Of a DNA stretch of 48,425 nucleotides, positions 18,999 to 26,660 are shown piece by piece. The stretch lies in assembly GCA_043767805.1 (NCBI GenBank), contig JAYUGC010000182.1, positions 1 through 48,425 on the forward strand, given 5' to 3'. The stretch is from Pseudomonadota bacterium (GTDB lineage: Bacteria; Bdellovibrionota; FAC87; UBA2466). A program made the position numbers and the translations under genes. A model generated the notes under the pieces. It worked only from the letters and a program-made list of their open reading frames with translations. It was not told the DNA's origin and did no database searches. Numbering within the stretch: position 1 is the stretch's first letter; each line of letters opens with the position of its first letter.

Positions 18999-19199
18999 GA
19001 GCAGTTCAGCGGCAATAGGCAAGCTTGAGGGCACGGATAAATAGGCTGAACCGGCGAGGAAAACGGCTTGAGACTAAAAACGGCGCCCGATTTGACCGAC
19101 AGGCCGCTCCGGGCAAGTCATGCGCCTCGATGCTATTAGCCTCGCCAGTTCAGCCTCCTAATCCGCGCCGCCGAGTTTTTTTAAGCGGCTGAACCGCTC
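18999..19199. repeat. Palindromic element B, homologous to element A
   Basis: GAGCAGTTCAGC 18999, GGCTGAACCGGCGAGG 19044, GCCCG 19085, CGGGCAAGTC 19110, CCTCGCCAGTTCAGCC 19140 and GCTGAAC 19188. Confidence 0.85.
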
Positions 19200-20115
19200 A
19201 TTTCAACCAACCGCGCTTGCGGAACCAAACGTAGAGCCCACCCGCGATGACCGCCATGACTCCCAATACGACGGGATAGCCCCACTTCGAGTTCAGCTCC
19301 GGCATGAAATGGAAATTCATGCCGTAGACGCCGACGATAAAAGTGAGCGGCATGAAAAAGACGGAGAAGACCGTCAAGACCCGCATGATCTCGTTCGTGC
19401 GATGGGACGCGAGCGAGATGTGCGTGCTGAGCAGGGTAGTCACATCTTCGGTGAGCTCGTCCGCCCACCCTTGCAGTCGCTCCGCTTCCTCTTTCAGATC
19501 CTGAACGAAAGGGGCGAGGGCAGGGGGCGCCTCGTGCAAGCGTGGGATGAGATCCAACGTCTGGCGGAGCACCCTGCGGTACACCGAGGCCCGACGCTTT
19601 AAAAAATACATCTCTTCCAGAATCTGGCCTTCCGCCAGGTTATTGAAGATGCGGACCTCGAACTGCTCGAACCCGGTGTCGGCTTCGGCCAAAGCGAGAT
19701 CGAAGCTCAAGATGGCCTCGCGAAACAGATCGAGCACCACCGGAAAAAGCGAGTCCGTGGAAAGATCCGTGCTCTCCGACCAGCGCGCCCGAAGCCGTGC
19801 CATGAGAGACGCTTCCTTGCGGTGAATCGTGATGAGCCATTTCTCGTCGATAAAGAGCGAGACCTTCCGAGTCAGCTCCATGACGGTGTCGTTCTCGGCT
19901 CTTTTGAGCGCCTTCTCATCCAGGTGGCGCAAGATGATGAACTTGCGGGTCCCGATCTTCTCGTACTTCGGTAAATGCCGCGGCTCGAGGCAGTCTTTCA
20001 CCCAAGTGGGATGCAGGCCGTACTCTGTGGCGAGCTGCTTGGTTTCCTCCGGGGACGGCGAACACACATCGATCCATCTGAGGCCGTTCGCGAAGGTGAC
20101 AACGGAATGAATCAT
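19198..20115 (-). CDS. corA: CorA-family Mg2+/Co2+ transporter
   Basis: YGMNF..MPEL signature with two C-terminal TM helices. Confidence 0.92.
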   Translation of the reverse strand: MIHSVVTFANGLRWIDVCSPSPEETKQLATEYGLHPTWVKDCLEPRHLPKYEKIGTRKFIILRHLDEKALKRAENDTVMELTRKVSLFIDEKWLITIHRKEASLMARLRARWSESTDLSTDSLFPVVLDLFREAILSFDLALAEADTGFEQFEVRIFNNLAEGQILEEMYFLKRRASVYRRVLRQTLDLIPRLHEAPPALAPFVQDLKEEAERLQGWADELTEDVTTLLSTHISLASHRTNEIMRVLTVFSVFFMPLTFIVGVYGMNFHFMPELNSKWGYPVVLGVMAVIAGGLYVWFRKRGWLK

Positions 20116-21266
20116 CGTTTCGCTCCTTTTCCGCAGCGGAGCGTTTTCTCCCGGCCGAAGATGATCCGGCTAATCCAGCGGTACTTGCCGGCGGCGATGG
20201 GCTTTTTCCTGAAACAGAATCTCTCGGGCGCAACGAGGTAGGCCGCGACAGCGTCTGCGAAATCTTCGGAAGTGTCGCCCGAAGCCGAGACGCGGGCGTA
20301 GGTTCTTCCCAGGGGAAAGCCCTCAAATTTCTTGCCCTCGCTATCCAGGGCTCCGATGACCGGATCGGGAAGTAGGGTGAAGGGAGAGCCCTTGGAGAGT
20401 TTCGAAAGGATATCGCCCCGAGAGGCCGCGAGTTGCTCGGGCTTCAAATCAGGAAGTCCCCATCCGGAGAAAGCCGCGAACTCAGGGACCCAGGCCGCTT
20501 CTTCGATTATTGCGGCCTTTCTCGCGGCGGCGTGAGCGAGCTCATGGATGATCACCAAGCGGTGAAGCGGGTTATTCACTTCCACGAGGCTTCGGGAAAG
20601 AACGAGCGACGCCGTCTCCGGGACATAAGCCGCAAGGCCCCCGTGTTCGGTGACGAGCACCTTGTAGATGGCGCGCTTATCCCAAAACGCGCAGGCATCG
20701 ACCGGGCAAAGTGTCTTCAGAACCGAGTCTAAAATCTTATGGGACACGGGCTTTGAGGAAACGAGCATCGCGCCCCGGTACACTTCGGCCGTGCCGTAAA
20801 CGGCCTTTGCCAAGCCGATCGCGGTTTTCGCTTTGGACGCTTTCAGCTTGGCGGCGATGGCCGGGTGATCCTCTCGGGTCGCCAGAAACGCGCGGAACGC
20901 GAGGTCTCGTTCCGCGGGTGGCACTTCGAGGCCGAGGTGCTTGAGGTAGGCCATCTGCAGCTCGGTGGTCAAAGCGTCGAGCGGCAACTCGGCGCACGCC
21001 GGGGCCATTTCCTGCTGAAGGACGAGCACGAGGTGAAGGAGCAAATCCGAAGACCAGGCCGAAAGCTCGGCTCGGGCCGCGTCGGGGATCGGCTTTTTCT
21101 CGAGGAAAGGCACGAAGCCCGTCCATTGGTCGAGAGCTCTCAAACCTTGGCTTTTCTGCCAGCGTCCGAGACAAGCGGGCGCCGCGATCCGTCCCTGCAC
21201 CGCCGGAGGCGGAACCGAGTCGGAAAAAGCCGACAAGCCGATTAGGAAAAGAAATTTCGCGAGCAC
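20112..21266 (-). CDS. Secreted hypothetical zincin-like metalloprotease
   Basis: Signal-like N-terminus, IIHELAH (HEXXH) and a downstream SEDFADAVAAY. Coupled to both neighbouring genes. Confidence 0.6.
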   Translation of the reverse strand: MLAKFLFLIGLSAFSDSVPPPAVQGRIAAPACLGRWQKSQGLRALDQWTGFVPFLEKKPIPDAARAELSAWSSDLLLHLVLVLQQEMAPACAELPLDALTTELQMAYLKHLGLEVPPAERDLAFRAFLATREDHPAIAAKLKASKAKTAIGLAKAVYGTAEVYRGAMLVSSKPVSHKILDSVLKTLCPVDACAFWDKRAIYKVLVTEHGGLAAYVPETASLVLSRSLVEVNNPLHRLVIIHELAHAAARKAAIIEEAAWVPEFAAFSGWGLPDLKPEQLAASRGDILSKLSKGSPFTLLPDPVIGALDSEGKKFEGFPLGRTYARVSASGDTSEDFADAVAAYLVAPERFCFRKKPIAAGKYRWISRIIFGREKTLRCGKGAKR

Positions 21267-21944
21267 TTAAGCAGCAGCGGCGCCATAGCGGCGCTCGACG
21301 CCACTCAAGAACTCATATAGCGCGTCCAAAGTTTCCGACGCAGCCTTGAAAGCTTTTTCCTTCTTTTCCTCGGTATCGCACAGCTGCTCGAGGCAGCTCA
21401 CTTCGGTCTCGGCGTGGTAGACGTCCGAAATCTGATGAGCGCGGAAAAAGGAGACTGTCGCTTCGTCTTTGACGTCGTAGAAGCGTTGGAGTCCGTCGAT
21501 CTTTTGACGGGCGATGTCGGGTTGCTGGCGCTCGTACGCGTACAAGGCGGCAAGCCCTTCGATGGGGTCGCCCGACTGCGTGTACTTACGGAACACCCGG
21601 AGAAGGTGCTGGGTCTCGTCGGAATGAAAGTGCCCTTGCACGTCTTCCCGGGAAACGCCCATGCCTTCCGCGAAACGGAGCCAGAGCTCCGCGTGGTGCT
21701 CGGTGCCTTGTTCCTCGTGGATCAAGTTCTCGAGCAGCACTTGGCGCATGGAAAGGTCTTCCGTGCGCGAGTGCACGCTGCTTACGAAGCGGGAAAATTC
21801 TTTCTCAAAGGCGTAATACTCTTTGGAGTAGCCCCGAAGCTCTTCTTTAGAGAGCTCGCCGGATTGCCAGCGTGTGTAGAAGGTGTGGGCCAGCATGTGC
21901 CTGCCCTGGATGCGAGCTTCCAATTGAGAACGGAGATTTAACAC
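21267..21944 (-). CDS. CADD-family (TenA/PqqC heme-oxygenase-like) dimetal oxidase, putative self-sacrificing pABA synthase (start refined to GTG 21944)
   Basis: HMLAHTFY..W..GEL, ENLIHEE, HAELW, ALYAYE, IARQKI.GL and H...D..H match the Chlamydia CADD layout as I recall it. Confidence 0.85.
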   Translation of the reverse strand: MLNLRSQLEARIQGRHMLAHTFYTRWQSGELSKEELRGYSKEYYAFEKEFSRFVSSVHSRTEDLSMRQVLLENLIHEEQGTEHHAELWLRFAEGMGVSREDVQGHFHSDETQHLLRVFRKYTQSGDPIEGLAALYAYERQQPDIARQKIDGLQRFYDVKDEATVSFFRAHQISDVYHAETEVSCLEQLCDTEEKKEKAFKAASETLDALYEFLSGVERRYGAAAA

Positions 21945-21996
21945 GGGGACCGCCTTTCTGTGGCCCCGAAGCGGGGCAAAGCAGTGAAACGCCCCC

Positions 21997-22025
21997 AATA
22001 TAGACGGCGGTTTCTAGGCGGTCAA
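21997..22025 (-). promoter_or_regulatory. sigma70-type promoter of the CADD-zincin-corA operon
   Basis: TTGACC-N17-TATATT on the minus strand. Confidence 0.65.
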
Positions 22026-22046
22026 CGAGCGTTCGGATAAGGAGGT

Positions 22047-22337
22047 TTAGCGACGGTGCCGACGACGAGCGTGATGCCGGCGAGCCCCACGGCGACCGTG
22101 GTGACGCTTGCCCCGAGCTACGTAGCCGCGGCTGGAGCGGTAAGATTGACGCGAGCTACCACTGTAATGGGCAAAGCGCGATCCGAAGTAGGGAATCTTT
22201 TGTAAAAGCCCGGTGAAGCTGGGACGGCTGTGTCTCCAGTGGCTAGTCTTATAAAGATGATACCCGCCAAAGGCGACGCCGCCGATAACTAGGAACGGCA
22301 TCAATTTCCGAAACAGTTGTTTTAATCTCCAACCCAC
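22047..22337 (-). CDS. 96-aa single-TM protein with an Arg/His-rich tail (start GTG 22337)
   Basis: Strong SD (GAGGAGG) 9 nt before GTG. TM segment PFLVIGGVAFGGYHLY and tail RGKRHHGRRGARRHHARRRHRR. Confidence 0.65.
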   Translation of the reverse strand: MGWRLKQLFRKLMPFLVIGGVAFGGYHLYKTSHWRHSRPSFTGLLQKIPYFGSRFAHYSGSSRQSYRSSRGYVARGKRHHGRRGARRHHARRRHRR

Positions 22338-22520
22338 TTGCGAATCCCTCCTCGCGCGAGGCTTTCCCCGCGTAGCCAGGAGCGGTTGAGCAAGCTCTAT
22401 GCCGGAGTCGGCTACGCAGGGTTTGCGGGTGAAGACCGGGGGAGGGCGCAACCTCGGTGTACACCGGTGACAATTCGCGTCCAGGGGACGGGACCCCGCG
22501 CTAGCGCGGGGTCCCCTTTT
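22338..22520 (+). ncRNA. Candidate structured sRNA or antisense RNA (identity unknown)
   Basis: Long rod at 22338-22451, hairpin at 22454-22467, ending in an intrinsic terminator. No + strand CDS lies upstream. Confidence 0.4.
22490..22520 (+). terminator. Intrinsic terminator
   Basis: GGGACCCCGCG-CTAG-CGCGGGGTCCC followed by CTTTT. Confidence 0.7.
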
Positions 22521-22527
22521 CCTTCCG

Positions 22528-22555
22528 TTGCCAAACTTGGTATCCGACGTAGAAT
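22528..22555 (+). promoter_or_regulatory. sigma70-type promoter of the acyl-CoA dehydrogenase operon
   Basis: TTGCCA-N16-TAGAAT. Confidence 0.55.
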
Positions 22556-22595
22556 AGGAGGGTTTTCCAAGCTCCCCCATGGAAAGGACTTCACC

Positions 22596-24416
22596 TTGGC
22601 GAAGAACTACTTCTCCGATTATCCGGAACGGGTCGACCTTCTCACTAAATATTCGAGCATTCGCGATCTGGCTCTTCCCCTGGAAGAAGCCTTCGGCGAG
22701 CCGGGCTATTACAAGAGCCCCGAAGAAGCCATGGAGTTCTATAAAGGCGCACTCGACGAGATCGGGAAATTCGCGGCCAACGAAGTCGCGCCCACCGCCA
22801 ACGAAATCGATCAGACGGGCTGCAAGGTCATCGATGATGACGTAAAACTTCCCGATGCCTTGATGAGCCACCTCAAACGGTGCGCGGACTTGGGGATGTA
22901 CTCGGGCAATGTCTCCCGCAAGGACGGCGGGCTCAATCTGCCCCGTTCCATTTCGATGATTGCGCTAGAGCTTTTCGCTCAGGCCTGTCCCAATACCGCT
23001 TTGACGCTTGCCTGCTTTTCCATGGCCGACTTCATTCAGCTCTTCGGCACGGAAGCGCAAAAAGCCCATCTGCTACCCAAGGTGATGTCCAACGAGTGGC
23101 AGACTTCCATGGCGCTCACCGAGCCGAACGCCGGCTCGGACTTGGGAAAGTTGCGTTCGCACGCCGCCCGCGATCCGAATGCGACCGACGAGCGCTGGAT
23201 CATCAACGGCACGAAGCAGTTCATCACCAACGGCAATAGCGACGTGACTTTCGCCTTGGTCCGCACCGACCCGAAAAGCGAGGGTTTGCGCGGTCTTTCC
23301 GTGATGGTCGTCGAGAAGTGGGTGGACGGGAAACGCAACGTCAAGCTCGCGAAAATCGAGGACAAGGTTTGTCTCCACGCTTCGCCCACCTGTGAGATTC
23401 TTTTCGAAAATAGCATCGGCTATCTCTTTGGTCCCGAGGGGGAGGGCTTCAAGGTTATGGCGGAGCTCATGAACGGCGCCCGCCTCGCCATGGGCGCGCT
23501 CGCGGTCGGTATTTCCACGGCCTGCATCGAGGAAGCGAAAGCCTACGGGCGCACGCGCGTGACCATGGGAAAGCCCATCTTGCACCACCCCATGGTGGCC
23601 GACATGGTTTACGAGATGGAAGTCGAAGTGCGCGCCATTCGTGCCATGGTGATGGAAGCGGCTACCGCGTCCGACTGGATGAATATCGCCCGGAAAAAGG
23701 GCGATCAGGCGGCGTACCGCAAATGGAAGACGCGCTACCGCCGTCTGACACCACTTTGTAAGTACATGGCGTCCGAGCGCGCCATCGTGCACGCGAGAAA
23801 CGCCGTGCAGATTTTCGGCGGTTACGGCGTGTGTCGGGATTATCCGGTGGAGCGGCTTTTGCGTGAAACGCTCATTTATCCGATTTACGAAGGCACGTCG
23901 CAGATTCAGTCCTTGATGGTCCTGAAGGACACCTTGAAAGACGTGGCTTCCCACTCGGGCGGATTCCTCGGCTCCCTCGCGGGCGCTTGGGCCGAGTCGA
24001 AGCTCACGCGCGACCCGGTGAAGTCCTATCTTCTGCAAGCGCGTAACGAGCTCAATCAGGGTATTCGTCACATCATGGCGAGCATTCTGAAGGACAAGTT
24101 CAAGTCCGACCTAGAGTCCTTGAAGCAAAGTAAGATTCAGGAGTTCCTGAAAGCGTTCTCGGCGAACTTGGTGAGCGAGAAAACCGATCTCACGATGCCT
24201 TTTCTCTGTGCCGAGCGCTTTACGCGGATCACCTGCGATTACTACGCGCTCAAATGTATGGTCGATCATCACGAGCCCGGGGACAAAGAGAGCGAGAAGT
24301 GGATCTGCCGCTTCGCCGAGCTCGCGCTCCCGCGCATGCGGTATGAGAATACCATCATGGCGGAACGGCTCCCCGAGACGCTCACTTATTTGAAGGAGCT
24401 CCAGGCTCAAGAATGA
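22596..24416 (+). CDS. Acyl-CoA dehydrogenase (start refined to TTG 22596, SD AAAGGA)
   Basis: MALTEPNAGSD, INGTKQFITNG, MNGARL, QIFGGYG and IYEGTSQIQ. Confidence 0.93.
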   Translation: MAKNYFSDYPERVDLLTKYSSIRDLALPLEEAFGEPGYYKSPEEAMEFYKGALDEIGKFAANEVAPTANEIDQTGCKVIDDDVKLPDALMSHLKRCADLGMYSGNVSRKDGGLNLPRSISMIALELFAQACPNTALTLACFSMADFIQLFGTEAQKAHLLPKVMSNEWQTSMALTEPNAGSDLGKLRSHAARDPNATDERWIINGTKQFITNGNSDVTFALVRTDPKSEGLRGLSVMVVEKWVDGKRNVKLAKIEDKVCLHASPTCEILFENSIGYLFGPEGEGFKVMAELMNGARLAMGALAVGISTACIEEAKAYGRTRVTMGKPILHHPMVADMVYEMEVEVRAIRAMVMEAATASDWMNIARKKGDQAAYRKWKTRYRRLTPLCKYMASERAIVHARNAVQIFGGYGVCRDYPVERLLRETLIYPIYEGTSQIQSLMVLKDTLKDVASHSGGFLGSLAGAWAESKLTRDPVKSYLLQARNELNQGIRHIMASILKDKFKSDLESLKQSKIQEFLKAFSANLVSEKTDLTMPFLCAERFTRITCDYYALKCMVDHHEPGDKESEKWICRFAELALPRMRYENTIMAERLPETLTYLKELQAQE

Positions 24417-25231
24417 AGTGGCTGAGGTTCGCCTGCTTCGGGCTGGTTCTGGGCTGCGTGAGCCGCACGCTCCCCGAAGGCCGTTTCAGTCAAAGTCAGA
24501 CTTTGAGTCTGCCGACCGGCGCCCTCACGGCCTCGGTCAGTGATGCCGAGCACTTTAGTTTCTTGGCGGTGGGAGATTTGCACATTTCCCAAGGGGACAC
24601 CTCGCGCCTCGGCCGCATCCTCGACGCGGGAGCGGCGAAGGGGGATGCGTTCGTGGCGCTGCTCGGCGACATCGTCGACTCCGGCGAAGCTTCGGATGTG
24701 AATGCCGTTTGGTCTTTGATTGCGGCTAAAGGCTGGGCGGGTAAGGTCGCGCCGGTCATCGGCAATCACGATGTCTTTCACGAAGGCTGGGAGGCCTGGC
24801 GGACGAGTAACGGCCCGAGCCACTACAGCTTTGCCGTCGGCAATAGCCAGTTCATTGCGTTGGATACGGCTGACGGGACTCTGGGCGAAGCCCATCTCGA
24901 TTGGTTCGAGAACGAGCTCCGAGCGACGAGGCCTTCCCATCTTTTCGTGCTTTCGCATTACTTGCCCGTGGTGCCCGGCGTGCGGACGTATCTTCGGTTT
25001 TCGGATGAGTCGGAAGCCCTGCGCGTCCGGTCTCTGGCGCACCGCTACGAAGTTTCTGCTTGGCTGGGCGCTCATTATCATAGTTTTGTCGAGGGCACGG
25101 TCGACGGCGTACGGTACGTGGTCGCCGGGGGCGGCGGAGGTCGGCGCATGCCGCCCGTACTCAATTACTTTTTCGTGCGGGTGACGGTGGACGGAGCGAA
25201 CGTGAGAACGGAAATGGTGCCGGTTGAATAA
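24413..25231 (+). CDS. Calcineurin-like metallophosphoesterase, probable lipoprotein
   Basis: GDLH, LGDIVD, IGNHD, SHY and AHYH. Lipobox LVLGC. Confidence 0.88.
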   Translation: MKWLRFACFGLVLGCVSRTLPEGRFSQSQTLSLPTGALTASVSDAEHFSFLAVGDLHISQGDTSRLGRILDAGAAKGDAFVALLGDIVDSGEASDVNAVWSLIAAKGWAGKVAPVIGNHDVFHEGWEAWRTSNGPSHYSFAVGNSQFIALDTADGTLGEAHLDWFENELRATRPSHLFVLSHYLPVVPGVRTYLRFSDESEALRVRSLAHRYEVSAWLGAHYHSFVEGTVDGVRYVVAGGGGGRRMPPVLNYFFVRVTVDGANVRTEMVPVE

Positions 25232-26660
25232 GAGCCTCCTCATTCTGTTTTGTCTGTTTTCCCGAGCGGCCTTGGGCCTAAGCCTAGATTGGCGCATGAG
25301 CCGCGTGCATGGGCTCATCAATTTCGCGGAGACCATCGCGGGCGATCCGCACCGGTCCAAAACCCTCAAAGACGTTTTCGATAAGAGCCCGCAGACGCCC
25401 ACTACGATCGAGGCCGTCGAGAAATACAAGAAGGCGCGGTTACGGCTCGAAACGGGGTGGACGTTTCCCGGCTTTCCGGTCGATCGAGTCGTTGGCCAGT
25501 CCCTCGAAAAACTTTTGCTGGTCCAAAGCGCGTTTGCCACCGATGTCGACGATTTCAGCGTGCGGTCTCAGGGGCTCATGCCGCCTTCCGAGCACGCGGC
25601 CTTCATCGCGGCGTTAAAAGGCCTCGAACCGGTTTACGACGCGCTCGTTTGGACGCCTTCTTTGCCGAAGCTGACTCGTGTGCGCGATCAGCTCGTAACG
25701 CTCGCGAAAGCCAAGGACTTGAATGCGCTCTTTGGCCGGGCGGCGGCCTTTTACCGGGCCCAGTGGCCGGAAGGGGTTCCGATCACAATCGCGCTCTATC
25801 CCGTTCCCGGAGCTCTCGGGCACAGTAGCGCCGAGTCCATGAACGGGCTTCAGTCTCTCGGGGTTCTCATCGATCGAGAGGTTGGGGGGAACGAGCTGGG
25901 CGTTTTGTTCCATGAGCTCTGTCATTCCCTTTATGAGGCGCAGGCCGCGGAGTTTCAGGCCGAGTGGGAAAAGTACTTTCGCGCGTCGTCTTCGGAATCG
26001 GCCGAGTCGGCCTACGTCTTAATCAACGAGGCATTGGCGACTGCACTCGGTAATGGCTGGGCCCAGGAAAAAGTCGCCTCGCTCCGGGTGGGAAGCTGGT
26101 ACGGCGATCCTTACATCGACGTCTTTGCCCACGAGCTTTATCCGTCGGTTAAGGCTTATGTGGAAGCTTCAAAGCCGCTCGATCAGGCGTTCGCGAGCAA
26201 GGCGATTGCGGTCTTGGAGCACGCGGTTCCCGGCGCCGCACTGAACCTCGAGTTTCGCCTGAAAAAGACTTTGCTCGTCGTCGAGGGCAAGATCGACGGG
26301 CCTCGCCGGGAGCTGCAAAAGCAGTTCACCGTTTCGAGCTTGAAATCGCTTTCGACGATTGGGTCTTCTCTGGACGAAATCAAACGAAGCCGTGCAAGCC
26401 TCATCGTGGTGGTGGGCCGGGACTCGCTCTCCGAGCTGGCGCACGTCGAGCGCATCGTCAGCGGGCTGCGCGTGCCCTGGGCCGCGTTTCGCGGGCGTCC
26501 GGGTCCCGTGGTGTACTCGGTCCTCCAAGGCCATCGCCCCATCCTTCTCATCCGCGCGGATGGCGAGAAGGAAATGGCGGAAGCCTTCTCCCGTATCGGC
26601 AAAGCACGGCGCCTCGAAAAGAAGGCGTCGTTCCTGCTGCCGTCTACTGCAAAAACCTGA
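25224..26660 (+). CDS. Secreted hypothetical gluzincin-like metalloprotease
   Basis: Signal peptide. LFHELCH followed by NEALA. Confidence 0.6.
   Translation: MNKSLLILFCLFSRAALGLSLDWRMSRVHGLINFAETIAGDPHRSKTLKDVFDKSPQTPTTIEAVEKYKKARLRLETGWTFPGFPVDRVVGQSLEKLLLVQSAFATDVDDFSVRSQGLMPPSEHAAFIAALKGLEPVYDALVWTPSLPKLTRVRDQLVTLAKAKDLNALFGRAAAFYRAQWPEGVPITIALYPVPGALGHSSAESMNGLQSLGVLIDREVGGNELGVLFHELCHSLYEAQAAEFQAEWEKYFRASSSESAESAYVLINEALATALGNGWAQEKVASLRVGSWYGDPYIDVFAHELYPSVKAYVEASKPLDQAFASKAIAVLEHAVPGAALNLEFRLKKTLLVVEGKIDGPRRELQKQFTVSSLKSLSTIGSSLDEIKRSRASLIVVVGRDSLSELAHVERIVSGLRVPWAAFRGRPGPVVYSVLQGHRPILLIRADGEKEMAEAFSRIGKARRLEKKASFLLPSTAKT

Noticed and set aside
17897..19199. Integron attC sites or a CRISPR array as the identity of the palindromic elements
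   Set aside because: The cores GCTGAAC/GTTCAGC deviate from RYYYAAC/GTTRRRY and no L boxes or integrase are evident. The arms alternate in orientation and are not identical direct repeats, and there are no cas genes.
22338..22451. SRP RNA, tRNA, tmRNA or a known riboswitch
   Set aside because: No CAGG-x-CC-GNRA-GG-x-AGCAG loop, cloverleaf, TTCGA arm or recognisable aptamer consensus.
22338..22595. N-terminal extension of the acyl-CoA dehydrogenase ORF, and of minus-strand ORF 22047-22871
   Set aside because: It crosses a terminator and a promoter. SD-supported starts exist at 22596 (+) and 22337 (-).
23073..25540. Long antisense ORFs (23073-24071, 24407-25540; similarly 993-1694, 39500-40354, 44385-45146)
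   Set aside because: These are shadows of well-supported genes in high-GC DNA, with no motifs and atypical composition.
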